Assembly: GCA_013239625.1 (NCBI GenBank)
Contig: MU056000.1
Coordinates: 14,037,787-14,101,786 of the forward strand
Direction: 5' to 3'
Length of the DNA stretch: 64,000 nucleotides
Source: Lama guanicoe
Taxonomy: Eukaryota
Shown here in pieces: positions 25,985-39,115 of the stretch. The stretch's first letter is position 1, and each line of letters starts with the position of its first letter. The notes under the pieces were generated by a model. It had not been told where the DNA came from and did not search any database. It saw only the letters and a program-made list of their open reading frames with translations. The position numbers and the translations under genes were made by a program.

Positions 25985-26400
25985 TTTTAAGTAGACAATA
26001 AGTTACTGCAACAAATAGAGGTGAAATGTAATATGAGAATAATTCTTTCTCAATTATTGTGTCCAGAGGTAAGCAATCTATTTCTAGCATGGCAACTCTG
26101 CCATCCTCAATTCCACGTCTGGGTCCAAAATTCTCATTCCTACTTTTGCATGTCCCAGCCAAGGGGGTGCGGGCAGGGCAGAAGGTACTGGGAAACATGC
26201 ATGCAGTTTCCTTTTTTAAGAGCCTGTGGGAAAGCTGCAAGCATCCACTCATACTAACATCCAATTTGCTAAAACTTAATCATGGCCATACAAGGATGCT
26301 GAATAAGGTGTTCCTTAGCTGGCAGTCACGTAAGAGGGATGTTTACGTAACTGAAATGTACAACGAACGATGAGACATTAGGGTACAACTAGCAGCCTGT
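25985..26400 (-). mobile_element. Old MaLR LTR (MLT1K/L-like)
   Basis: Antisense MLT1 motifs (gttactgcaacaaata, catccaatttgctaaaacttaatcatggccatac, ttagctggcagtcacg). Confidence 0.5.
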
Positions 26401-27997
26401 CATCATCGTATAGCCAACACCGTGTGGCTCCTAGAACTGAACATTTTGTCTGATCTCAAAACTCAAGTTCTTCTGCCTCACGATATGACATAGACTGCAA
26501 AGTTTATTTCTGTGCACAGCGTACTGATAGATAGATTCTGTCATATAATAGTGGCAACTTATGAATTATATATATATGCCAAGAACTCAGGCATTCTTGG
26601 GGAAGATTTAGGAGGTAACTGTTAATGCCTCTTCTCATGTAATCTTATTGCACTCTTAAATGTAACCTTCTTGGCTGCTTCCTAGATTAAGTGGTGGCAA
26701 TTGGAAGTATCTGTTTAGTCTGATACAATGATCTCCCTCCACGAAGGAACTTTTGAACTGGGCCTTTGACATTTGAAAGTAAGATCAGGAGGATAAGGTT
26801 TCATGTCTCCATCTGTGCCTTAACCACAACACCTAAAATTTCTTTTAATTCTTCTGTTCCCAGCAACTGGAAACTGGAAACCTTTGCTCCTGTATAGTGG
26901 AATTGTGAATCAGCTGAAATTAGCTGAATCTGCTCCTGCAGAATCACCAAGCTAGGAAGGTAAATGAGCTGCATTTCATTGCTACGTATAAGGCATCCTT
27001 CATTCACGTCCCCAGGTATCGTCTCTCTACTATCTAGTAAATATCATCACCACCATCATTATCATCATCTGCCTCCTAATCGTCAACACACAACTGTTTT
27101 TATTTTTAACAGTCAATCAAAGTCATCCAGGCTTTCATGGGTCACCTGCACTTCCACAAACACAGAACATTTTCCTCACGTAACTGAGTATAGGTTCAGA
27201 TACCAAACTCACTTGCTGTATTAAGTCTTAAGCCTAATTGTATAAAACAATATCTATGTGTTTTCTTGTCAGTAAAAAGTAACAATAAATCCTTCTTATG
27301 CCAGTTATGTTTCATGATGCAACATCCCCATTCTTCGTAAATCGAGTGCCTCATTTTCATGAGCTATATTTGTTTTGATTTTATCAGTACATTAAATTCT
27401 GCTATCTATCGCCTACATTAATTTTCACAACATATTTAAATATATCTGTTTAATTTACAAATTAAAAAAATACATGCTGGAAATCTTTTATACTGCTTGT
27501 AGATACCTTTTTTTTTTGGTCTTGGTTATCTAACCTACCAAATAGCAGAACATCACAGGCTGGTTCATGTCAATTCTTTTTTCATTACTGCTTCAATGGC
27601 TCCCTGAAGAGTGAAATGCTTTTCCATCACCAGCTGCAGATTCACTGGAGACAAACTTATCTATGTTTTTCTCACTTTATTGTAAACTCTTTCTTTGAAG
27701 TTTATTTCTAAATGGCCACAATTTTTTTAGATTGTTAATAATGCCTCCTAAATTAAAATAGGGGTTATAGTTACTTTCAAGTAAACTATCATATTCAATT
27801 TGGACAAAGGTTTGGTCATGGGAACTGTCAAGGCACAAATGAAGAAACTTGTACAACTTATAAGAGAATAAATGCTGTAAGTGATCAAATCAGGCCTGTT
27901 GAGTGTTTTTCTCATTGAATGATGTAAAATTATATTGAGCCAATCAAAGACTCAAAATGCTTTTTGAAGGAAAAAAAAACTTATAAATAAAAAGTGT

Positions 27998-28640
27998 GCA
28001 ATCCCACTCATGGCCATATATCCAGAGGGAACTTTAATTCAAAAAGACACATGCACCCCAATGTTCATAGCAGCACTATTTACAATAGCCAAGACATGGA
28101 AGCAACCTAAATGTCCATTGACAGAGGACTGAATAAAAAAGTTGTGGTACATTTATACAATGGAATACTACTCAGCCATAAAAATAAAATAATGCCATTT
28201 GCAGCAACATGGATAGACCTGGAGAATGTCATTCTAAGTGAAGTAAGCCGGAAAGAGAAAGAAAAATACCATATGATATCACTTATATGTGGAATCTAAA
28301 AAAAAACAAAGACAAACTTATTTACAAAACGGAAATAATTCACAGACATAGAAAACAAACATGGTTACCAGCACGGAAGGGTGTGGGAAGGGATAAACTG
28401 GGAGTTTGAGATTTGCAGATACTGACTAATATATATATATATATATATATAAAAATAGATAAACAAGAAGTTTATACTGTATAGCACAGGGAACTATATT
28501 TGATATCTTGTAATAACTTATGGTGAAAAAGAATATGAAAATGAATACATGTATGTTCACATATGATTGAAGTATTATGCTGTACACTAGAAATTGACAC
28601 AACATTGTAAACTGACTGTACTTCAATAAAAAATATATAT
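27998..28640 (+). mobile_element. Lineage-specific L1, 5'-truncated 3' end
   Basis: gcaatcccactc...MPFAATWIDLE..ILSEVS ORF2 end; 3' UTR with (TA)n; acttcaataaaaaa terminus. Confidence 0.92.
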
Positions 28641-29549
28641 ACAAAACATTATTATTGCAAGGCACATGTTAGAAAAGTTTTTAAAATTTACATATGAAAA
28701 CAAAAAATAGGTATCATTCATCCTATAGAAGATATTGGAAAAGAGAAATGTATCAATGACCAGAACTTTCTTGAAGAATTAATTATGATCATTACCAAGG
28801 AAAGTCACAAAAAGACAGATAATGTAAGCACTGCCAAAGTTCTCTAAAACAAGGCTCTATGTAAGTGCCAAAGGGATTGATGAGTGCATTTTAACTAATT
28901 GTGGGATTGTTTATGTTTTACTCATATAAAATTAAGTTTTACTGAACTGCTTTAAGATAGTTTGCCTTATACAGTGAAGAATGATTATAGTTTGAAATCC
29001 TTATATTTTTTAACATTAGAGTTTGTAAGATATAAATTAAAAACTCACAATAGACTGAGTCCAGAGAGAACTGTAGGCGAAAATGGAAAACACAATAGGA
29101 GCAGAGAAAGAAGGGTGGCGATCTTTCATTTTAAATGAAAAGTGAGAGGCAGCATTAAGTTTTTCACATCTGTGGTTTTCTGATATTTTCTTCATTTCCT
29201 CACTATGTCTAAGGCTTCCTTCACTACTGTACACAGATACCAGACCTCAACTATCAAGCAAATATATTTCTCTTTATCTTTAAAATGAGCTAAATTATAT
29301 TCTGCAAAGAAAATAATTCCGGCCTAAAAATCTATTTTCAATTCAACTGTTAGATTAGCATAGGACATATAAATGCAAAAATAAAAGACCACCTCCTCCC
29401 ACCACCCCACAGAGGTGAGTGAGGACAAAACAGACTTTCTATGTGGTATAGCCTAGGTTAGTGAATTATGATGCAGAAAGAAGCAAATCCAAATTATGCA
29501 ATAAAAATTTATGCATTTTCTTAAGATTATATTACACTAAGCAGAGGAA

Positions 29550-29710
29550 ACAGCAGAATGAAGGTCAAGAGCCTAGTTCTGGTGGCACAAGTTCTGAGTT
29601 TTCATTAGATATTTATACTTACTTGTCCTGTGATCTGTTATAAGTTACTTAACCTCTCTGTGACTCAGTTTCCTCCACGGTAAAATGAGGATGAAAACAA
29701 TTCTACCTAA
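29550..29710 (+). mobile_element. MIR SINE
   Basis: aagttacttaacctctctgtgactcagtttcctc...taaaatgaggatga core. Confidence 0.8.
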
Positions 29711-30164
29711 CCGCTAGGTGTGCTTGGCCAAACTCCATTCCTAGTGACATAAATGATTTTTCTCCTAGTTCTGATAAAACTGCTGAAGAAGACAGAGTGA
29801 ACCTTCCTATAACTTCAACCGTTACTCAGATATCAAGAAAGCTTTAGAAGAACAGATTTTTATGTTGTGTTGCCCACATATAGAAATAATATATCAATAT
29901 TTGTTTGTATAAAATATTTAATTTCACTAAATGCCTCTCTACTCTTGGGAGTAGTTTAGTATTTTGTGAGACTTTTGAATGTCACATCTGATTCACAAAC
30001 ATCAAATCCTTTAGGTAAAAGTTCTTGGCTGCTCCAAGCTCCATCAACTCTGTTTCTGCCTAATTAGTAGGGACAAATCTTGATAAAACCTTTTGAAAGG
30101 TTTTGCTGGTTCATGCACCAGAAGTATAAATTAATCTGCTCACTCCCATACGTAACACGAAGGC

Positions 30165-30350
30165 AGGAGTCAGCAGTGGAAAGAACATGAAACTGAGAAT
30201 CCGATAGGCTTCTGTCCACATCCTGACTCCACCATTTGTTAGTAAGACACAAAGATAAGAAGTCTCTTAACCTCTCTGAAATGGGTTGCATAGAGATACA
30301 GATGTAGAAAGAATGGACCAGACAAAATGAAATCATGAAAGACATAAATT
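30165..30350 (+). mobile_element. MIR SINE fragment
   Basis: agtggaaagaacatg...atcctgactccaccattt...cttaacctctctga. Confidence 0.65.
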
Positions 30351-32199
30351 AACATTTATAAAACTCATATATCTACATATTATATTAGGCATCTTCAATT
30401 TTCAAAGCAGCAAGAGTGAAGAGGGGGCCATGATTAGATTTTAAATAACCACATTCTACAGTAACCCACGTGTACTGGCTATTGCTCTTACATTCCAAAC
30501 TTAACACTGCTGCAATGAGGAATTTCTGGATGATGAAGCCAAACATTTCTTTCATCAAGGAAAGCTCATTTACCAGACAGAACTACGTTCAGTTCTGTCA
30601 TTTCTGCTCCTTTTCCTCTGCCCCTCTCCACATGCTTTTAGGAACAGTTCTGTTTCATTGGTGGAAGCCTGCGAAAGTCTTATCTCTACGTACCATGATT
30701 ACCTTGACACATTGCATAATATCATGACATGGAATACAAATAATTAAAATCTACTTGAATTTTATAAGGCTGGAAGACATTTACTGGAAGACTTGAGAAT
30801 GCTAGGAGTTCTTTGTGCATAATGTACCTTTCATGCATGTTAAATTATTTATACATTATTAACATTAAAATATTCTGTACTATTTGAGTGCCTACTCTTT
30901 GCCAGATACAATCCTGTTACCTTTTTATTCAGAAATCATATAGATAGCTATTATTTTCTTCATTTTATAGATGAGTAAAAATTTATTATATTTTGAGGGT
31001 TGTACTCAAAAAGCTTATTCATTTACTCATTCAATATTCATTAAATTTTAATTATGTGTCATATGTATAACACTGTAACTTTTTAAAACATATCTATGTT
31101 TTTTTTAAATGCATAGCCTATGTTTTCTAAAGATTATAATATGTTTAAATGGAGAAAATATACACTAAAAAACTATGTTTAAAAGAGTACACATTTTTTA
31201 AAGTATATTTCCAAAATTTATACTACAGACAGTAATTAGGAATCATCTGGATATGTAATTATTTTCATTCTCTACAAGCTGAGAATTCACCTTACAATAT
31301 TCTAACAATAAACTCATGTGTAGATGGGCAATAGAAATTCAGATGTTTAGGGAGTCACGTCAGCTGTAATTGACAGGTTTTGTGGATTTAGAGCTATTTT
31401 ATACTTCTTCAGCACTAATCACACAATGTACAGTGCCAATTTAAAATATTTTATATTTAAGCATTTCATAGGGTCATTTTATTCAGTCAAGGTTAAAGAT
31501 GGATTCAATTCAGGTTAAACTGTTTTTAGATAATAGTTTAGCAGAAAAAGTGTCCTTTGATCAATAGATTTGGGGAAAATTTATTACATAAAGTTACCTT
31601 AAGAGCTAAATGTCTACATTTAGTACATTATGATGAAATGTTTGTAAATCAATGAATGTTTTGATCTTGGGGGACAGAGTGAATTCATATGCTACTTGAC
31701 AAGACAGAGGGCATGAGATGATGTTTATAACTTTGGGAGATCAAGAGAATAAAATATAATGAAATATTTCCCTCAATTATTTGCAGACATAACCATACAT
31801 CCGCATATATGTGTGTAGCATGTCACATCACTAGTGGTTTTCAAAACATACTTTGTGATATTTCGAGCTATTTTAGACCTCTAAGAAATGTTCTGTATAC
31901 ATTCTTATTAACCAAATATCTCTCTTCAATGTGTATTTCTTTCTGCAATTCAAACTATTAATTGCAACTATATATGGATATATAATTAATTTATATACAA
32001 TATATAATGCATATTATATTTTATACTCATATATATATCTCACTATATATAACATGAGTTAATATATATTGAAACTGATTTCATGTATTTAAAAATCTGT
32101 CAAGATATGTAAACTGCATATAGGTTATATAATATTATATAAACAATGGCTTTAGAATTATATATATTATATACTATATATAAAATGTGCTTAGTTAAA

Positions 32200-32720
32200 A
32201 ATATGTTCTTATGTTTACTTAATTTTACATTGTAAAATACCATAAATACATAGAACAGTGTGAACAATAATATAACCATCATCTTTGAATCTGCTGCCCA
32301 ATTTTAACAAAAGAAATGTTTTACCATATACATTTGTAAACGTTTTTAAGATTAATTTATACTTCCTGAATGTAACTATGTTCAACATTCTATGAATGTT
32401 TTATGCTTTTTATGGATACATCTGTATCCATAAGAAAATGCATGTTTTTGTCCTGTGCTCAAACTTCTTTATTAAAAAGACATCATTCTCCATGTAGCTT
32501 CCTGTAACTAGTTTTCAGTTAACATTATTTTCTGACAGTTGATCTTGTTGAGACATGTAAATCAGATCATTTGACATTAACTTCAATATGAGAAGACTGT
32601 TACATAGCACTGCACCAGGCAAGATTTTATTCATCCTGCTTTCTTTGTCTTAGATTGTTTCAATGTTTTGGCTATTAAAGCAATGCTCAAATGGCATCCA
32701 GTTGCACTTGCAACAGAAAT
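32200..32720 (-). mobile_element. Old L1ME-like 3' fragment
   Basis: T-rich antisense L1 motifs (ttagattgtttcaatgttttggctattaaagcaatgct). Confidence 0.5.
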
Positions 32721-33224
32721 AATTTCTGCCCCAGCTGGCCCTGCATTTGATGCTTACAGGAATGGCAGAGTCCATTTCTAAGCACTTTCCCAAGTGAAAT
32801 CTCTGATTATCTACTGAGTTTCTTTCCTTGGGTCAGGCACTGAGCTGTGAGAATCCCACTGATTAATTAGACACGGAGCCTTCATGGAAAACATGCTGTA
32901 ATAAGATGAGCGAGAGAAAGCAGATGAAGAGTTGTATGGGGCACCATCAGGCTCCAAGAGGGACAGATCATTCCTTCAAGTTGAGGAACATAAAGTTTAC
33001 TGTATATTTAGCAAAGTTTCTGGCATGTAGTAGGTGAGTAATATGCATAATATTTCATAAATAACCATGAAAACATTTTTAGAGTACTGTGAGTTTATAT
33101 CAGAACACGCTGAACCTAAAGAACTTCACAAAAGCAAAGTGAAAATATCCAGGAGACTAATAAGTACAAAAAAGGACTTAAGAGAATCCTTCCTACTTCT
33201 TCCTTTTAATGATGTTATTTCCTG

Positions 33225-33545
33225 GGTTTTAGGTGGGCACATGATTATCTAGAACCTTGCAAAAGTGGTCTCAGGTACTCAGCCTTCTTATATGGTCCCT
33301 GGCTTCTCCCAGAGTGAGTATCTCAAGAGAACTAGGAGGAAACTGCATGACTTCTGCTGACCTGGCCTCAAAAGTCACACAGCTTTCTGTTAATCATCAG
33401 TGAGTCACTGAAGCCACCTTAGAATTAAGACTGAGTCACTGAGGCCAGCATGGAACCAAAACAGAATGAGTCACCAAAGCCAGTTTAGAATCATCTCTTA
33501 AAAAGAATGTCAAAGCATTTTCAGATATATTTTAAAACTTCCATA
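33225..33545 (-). mobile_element. MLT1 (F/G/H-like) LTR fragment
   Basis: ggaaactgcatgacttctgctgacctggcctcaaaagtcacacagc; gaatgtcaaagcattttcagatatattttaaaac end. Confidence 0.7.
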
Positions 33546-33819
33546 GTCACAATGTGCATGCATGTGTTTGTCTATATTTGTTGTTCGGATTGCTGTTTCA
33601 CCTGTTTACTCATTGTCTGACTTACAGCTCCATTAACTCAGGGAGAATATTTATCTTTCTTACTGTTGTATCTCCAGCTTCTATCAGAATGTATAAAATG
33701 AAACACAAAATGGTAACCATCCCGTACAGATTTTGTGACTAAATGAAATAGAAATATTTTAACGTGGCTTTCTTCATCTATAAAATACAGAATTATAGAG
33801 ATCAGAATGTTTTCATGAA

Positions 33820-34012
33820 AATAAAATGAGTTGATATGAGTAACAAAATATATAATATATAATTATATATAAATCATATATATGTGTATCACATATATGA
33901 TTATATATTATTTTATATGTTTACATTTTTATATAGATGATACATATATGTGATTTATATATGATTTTATATATATTACACATTTTGTTACCCATATCAA
34001 CTTATGTTGATT
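33820..34012. repeat. Imperfect inverted repeat (~70-bp arms) inside a MIR
   Basis: tgagttgatatgagtaacaaaatatataatatata... pairs with ...tatatattacacattttgttacccatatcaactta. Confidence 0.8.
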
Positions 34013-34439
34013 TTATATATATATATATTTAAACTCTTGGCCTAGGACATAGCAGGCATTTACTAAATGGTGATTATTTCCAAAGTCTTGAAACTCTAAA
34101 ACTGTCTTGATATAGTGAGTATTCAATTAAAATTTGTTATATTACTGGACTAGTTAAATAAAGACATTGAAATTAGGCCAAACATTGAACTTTGAAATGG
34201 CAGTAGGCACACTCTTTTAGAAACATAAAGAAGCAGCCACTATGTCTGAAATTGAGAGTTCATGGAGGGAAAAGTGAGGAATAAAATGTTACCTGGACTT
34301 TCCCAGTATAGTTACTAAAATTATTGTTCTAATGGATAATAACTTGAACTGTTGAAAGTGAAATATATCATTCTTTCCACATATATGCCCCCTTTTTTTG
34401 ATCCAAATCACATCTTTTATTTATTCCCTAAGTCACTGC

Positions 34440-34910
34440 AGCTAAGTTAAATAAGCCAGATGCAGAAGAACAAATACTACATGGTCCCATTTAGATGAGA
34501 AATTTATAGTTGTCAAATTCATAGAAGCAGAGAGGAGAATGGTGGTTAGCAGGGGCTGGGGAGAGAGGGGCCCAGGGAGGTACTGGCCAAAGGGTACAAA
34601 GATTCAGTTATTCAAGGTGAATAAGTCCTGTAGGGTCTGCTGTACAGCACAGAGCCTGTAGGTGACAATACTGTACTGTATACTTAAAGATTTGCTACGA
34701 GGGTAGGTTTTATGTTAATACTCTTACCATACACATGAAAATACATAAAATGGTCTGGAGGAAACTTCTGGAGCTTGTGGATATGTTCACAGCACTGATT
34801 TTGGCAACGGTTTCACAGGAGAACACTTCTTTCTAAAATCTGACAATTTTATATGCTGAAGATGTACAGCTTTTTGTATGTCAATTATAATTCAATAAAA
34901 TTTTTTTTAA
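34440..34910 (+). mobile_element. L1MA/L1MB-type 3' UTR fragment
   Basis: gtcaaattcatagaagcagagaggagaatggtggttagcaggggctgggg; aatactgtactgtatactt; ttcaataaaatt end. Confidence 0.85.
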
Positions 34911-34914
34911 AGAC

Positions 34915-37640
34915 ACAAAAGGTATAAAGAGTTTTATACCACTACTTAAAACTTAAATTAAATTAAATATGAAGCAATATATCAAGCTTGCTTCCAGAAG
35001 AAATAGAAAGATATTTAATAAAGAAATCGATTTGGATTCAAAATCCTTAATGCAATGTAAATGCCAGGCACAAAGGTTTTCATTGTTTACTTTTTCATGC
35101 ATTCAAAGAAGAATTAATATTATTATACACAACTTCTAAGTACAATTATTATTTGGATTTCCAAATCTGACAAAAATATTAAATGAAAGAAAATTGTAGA
35201 CAAATATTTTCTATGAATATTCTCAACAAAAATTCAGCACTAAATAAAAGGCTAACACACAATGACCAAATAGTTTTATCCGAGAATGGGATGTGAGTTC
35301 AATATTTGAAAATCAATCAACATAGATCATCCCATTAAGTGAATAAAGAACAAAAATCATATGAATAGTCAACAGATGCAGAAAAAGCATCTGAAAAATT
35401 CAATATAGATGTAATAAAGTTGTCAAGAAATAAAAAGAAACAAATATCTCATCTTGACCCTGAGTTACCGCAAAAAACACACAGCTAAGAGTATACTAAA
35501 TGATAAAGAACTAAATGCTTTCTCTTTAGGTTAAGGCAAGAATATTAATTCTAATTATTTCTATTCAAAACTGCACTGGCAGTCTTCACAGAGAACATGA
35601 GAGCCTACTTAGAAAATTCTAAAGATCTACAAAAAATCACCAAATTTAAGTGCATTTAGTAAAGTAACAATAATAATCAATATTTTAAAAAATGCATTTT
35701 CCATCTTTCAGCCAAAATTTATAAAATTATATCAAACAAAACAATACTATTTACAAAAGTATCAAGAAAGAAACGTAATTAGAAAGAAATTTAAAAAATG
35801 TGTTAAGATCTCTACACTGAAAACTATAATATATTATCAAGAGAAATTAATTACAGAATATCCAAATAAATTAAGCATTATGCCATGTTAACAGATTTGA
35901 GGACTCAACATTGGCAAAATGTCTTTGCTCTCCAAATTCATATGTATATATAATTTAATAATAATTTATATGCTTATATACTATATATATGCATACAAAT
36001 GTGTATATTTATGAATACAAATTTCAAATCTCTGATTTTCACATGAAAATGTGAAGACCTTGATTAGCCAAAACATTTGGGAAAAAGAAAAGAACAAATC
36101 TGGGGCACTTGAATATTAGGACTACCTGATTTCAAGACCTAGTCTTAAACTACAGTAATCAAATATATGTCAATGAAATAGAAAAAAAGAGTTCAGAAAG
36201 AGACACACATATGGTCACTTAAGTTAGACAAAGTTAATAGAGAAGATACTCCTTCAACAAATGATAGTGTAACAACTAGAGATCTGTACAGAAAAAAAAT
36301 TGAACAAAACCTGGTAAAAAAAAAAATCAGTTGAAACTGAATCATAGATTTACAGAAGCTAAAATATCAACCATCTAAAAGAAAATAAACAAGCAAATTT
36401 TGAGGATCTTATGAGCAAATAATTCTAAGAAGAACCAAAAAAAAAGAAGATAGAATGTGAATTAAATTTTTCAAACTTAAAAACTTCTCTTCAGATGCTA
36501 TTATTAAAATGAAAATATAATCCTCATCCTAAGAGAAAACATTTTTAACGTACACATTTTTACAAAGATCTTATATCCAGAATCTGTAAAGGATTCTTAT
36601 AATTCAATAATAACAAACTTCCTAAAAAATGCAGAATATGTGAATAGACACTTCATAGAAGATGTGTACACAGTGTGTACCTGAAAAGATGTCAGCAGAG
36701 AAATTAAAACCACAATGAAACACCACTTTACATGTGTTAAAATAGCTAACGTAGGAGATAGGTATTTCCAAGTGAGGCTTCAGAACAGTGAGAACTGGCT
36801 TACGTAACTGTGAGAATGTGAAGTACGTATAACTCTTTTAGAAAATAGTTTGACAGTTTGTTATAAAATTAGACATACATTTACCATGCGACCTAGAAAT
36901 TTCCCTTTACTCAAAGGAAGGAAAGTCACATGTCTGTAGAGACTCATATACGTACGGCCATAGCAGCTGTAGTCATATGAGCTCAAAACTGGGATCAACT
37001 CAAATGCTCATTAGCAGCTGAACTGATAAAAATGATATCATCATAAACAGACAAAAGTAACAACAGGGCTAGCAACTGAAAACACTGATGATAAATTGAG
37101 CAAAAAGATCTCAACACAACAGAGAATACACATAATGATTTCATTTATATGAAATTCTAGAATAGGCAAAAAGAATAAAAATTCTGTAGTGACAGAAAGC
37201 AGGTCAGTGGTTTTCAGGGGAGAGTGTTGGCCAAATGAAATACAATGTAGGCTACATATGGAATTTAATTTCTTCTATCAGTCACATTTAAAGAGTGTAA
37301 GAAACAGTGAACTTCATTTTAACAATAAATTCGTTATCACTACTATACTAAAATATAATTTCTTTCTGTAATCAAAATTTTAAAAAATGTTAACTAGATA
37401 TGTTACAGTATTTTTTCATACCAAGTCTTCAAAATCTGATTTTTATACTACAGATTTCAGTTTGAACTAGCAGCACTTCAGCTGTTCAGTAGACACTCGT
37501 GGCTACAGTACTGAACAATGCGATGCCATATTTGATCAAGGAAGTGGTTGTTAGGGTGTAAACATCCATCAAAATTCACTGATGTTTATTCTTAAGTGTG
37601 TGAATATTATCACATATAAACCATGATGCAATTATGAGTA
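34915..37640 (+). mobile_element. Old LINE-1, ORF2 to 3' UTR (interrupted by MER33)
   Basis: Decayed RT (agatgcagaaaaagcatctgaaaaattcaa, DAEKAFDKI-like), post-RT and 3' UTR motifs. Confidence 0.8.
37222..37522. mobile_element. MER33-like hAT-Charlie MITE
   Basis: taccaagtcttcaaaatctg, tttgaactagc...cacttcag...gtggctacagtactgaaca motifs. Confidence 0.7.
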
Positions 37641-38204
37641 AATGGATAAAACACTGTGATGTTTGATTCTTGAAAAACTAGAAGGAAAACTGTCTACTGG
37701 AATGGAATAAAGGTATACATATATATGAGAGAGAAAATTTAAGCTAGGAAGATAAAATCTCAAATCAGTAGGGGGAAAAAGTACTAAGTAATTGGTTAAA
37801 ATTGGTGCCAAAATAACTAAGTATTCCTTCCTTGGAAAAAAATTAAATTCTTCACACTATACCCACAATAATCCCACTGCATTAAAACTTTAAATATAAA
37901 TATTAAAGAATTAAAAGAAATATTGGTGGTTTGGAATTGGTCTTTTTAGCGTAATTCTATAGCCTCTAAAGAAAACAACAGAAGGAAAGACTGATGGTGG
38001 CCCCAAATTATTAAAATATCTTTACATCAATAACAACAACTATCACTAAAAGACTGAAAAAATAAACAGGCACAAAAGCCAAAGATTTTACCACTAAATG
38101 GTAGATTTATTTTATATATATTTAATAATTCTAAAAAAAGAGACACAAGCATATAGAAAAGTGGTAGACAATTCAGAAAGAATAAATATAAGTAAATCAC
38201 AAGA

Positions 38205-39115
38205 ATTTAATGTACAGCATGGTGACTATAGTTAATACTGTATTTCACATTTGAAAGTTGCTAAGTGAGTAGGTCTTAGACGTTCTCATCACAAGAAAAA
38301 AAAATTGCAACTGTGTGCTGGGAAACAAGCTGCTGGAAAACAAGCCGCTGGGAAATGAACAGCTGGAAAACAAGCCGCACCTAAATTTCCATGAATTTAA
38401 AATACTATATTCACACTTGCTTGCTTAAAATGCACATGCTTGCTTAAAATGCACGTGCTTGCTTTGTTCTAATGTTTTACACACTAGATGACCTACAGCA
38501 CGTATTATGCTAAAGAAAATTTGTGGTGAGCAATCCTGAGATTGACCATAAGGGCATGAAGGAGGGCAGATATTTCCTTAGGGTGAAACAATGGAGGGTC
38601 CTGGAAAGCCAGATCATCCATTAACAGAACTTTGTTCTGGCGTGAAAGCCTGCTGTTAAGCCCAGGGGAGATATTTGCTATCTCGAGATGTCCCGGAGGC
38701 AATAACAGGATTGATTTAGAATTTTTGCCTACCCTGAGGAGGGCGAGTGTTCCTGGAAGGGAAAGGCCTGAAATTAATCAGTTAATCAGCAAGCCAAAAC
38801 TTGAGGCTTATCGCATTGAATATCTAAAGCCACACCTCTTTGATCTCAATTTTTCTGAGCTGTATACTTCTAATAAATATGATGTTGACCAGCTTTCAGG
38901 ACTCTGGATCCACGAGATCTTGAGTCCCCTGGTCCCATCTTAGCTCTTTACTCTGTCTCTTTGTTTCTTAAGTCTTGTGTTGCCCGTCTTCAGACAGGGT
39001 CCCAAGCTGCATTGGACACAGCAACTGTGTATGGTGACAGATGTTAACCAGACATGTTGTGGTGATCATTTCACAATATATAGAAATATTGCATCTTTAT
39101 ATGTCAATTATACCA
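38205..39115 (+). mobile_element. L1MA-type 3' end split by an LTR
   Basis: taatgtacagcatggtgactatagttaat...gttctcatcacaag (38205-38315) resumes after 39024 with tatggtgacagatgttaac...tgtcaattatac. Confidence 0.85.
38316..39023 (+). mobile_element. Young solo LTR, probably class II (betaretrovirus-like, ERV2)
   Basis: 708 bp; TGCTG...CAGCA termini; perfect 6-bp TSD actgtg (38310-38315, 39024-39029); AATAAA at 38872-38877; U3 tandem repeats. Confidence 0.88.

Noticed and set aside
26801..27224. ORFs including a poly-His stretch as coding exons
   Set aside because: The His run derives from a (CAT/CAC)n simple repeat; no recognisable domain or convincing splice pair
30470..30745. Two overlapping ~80-codon open frames in unique sequence
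   Set aside because: No recognisable homology or flanking splice signals; the length is compatible with chance
38316..38465. Short direct repeats as a CRISPR-like array
   Set aside because: They are head-to-tail tandem repeats without unique spacers, within the U3 of an LTR
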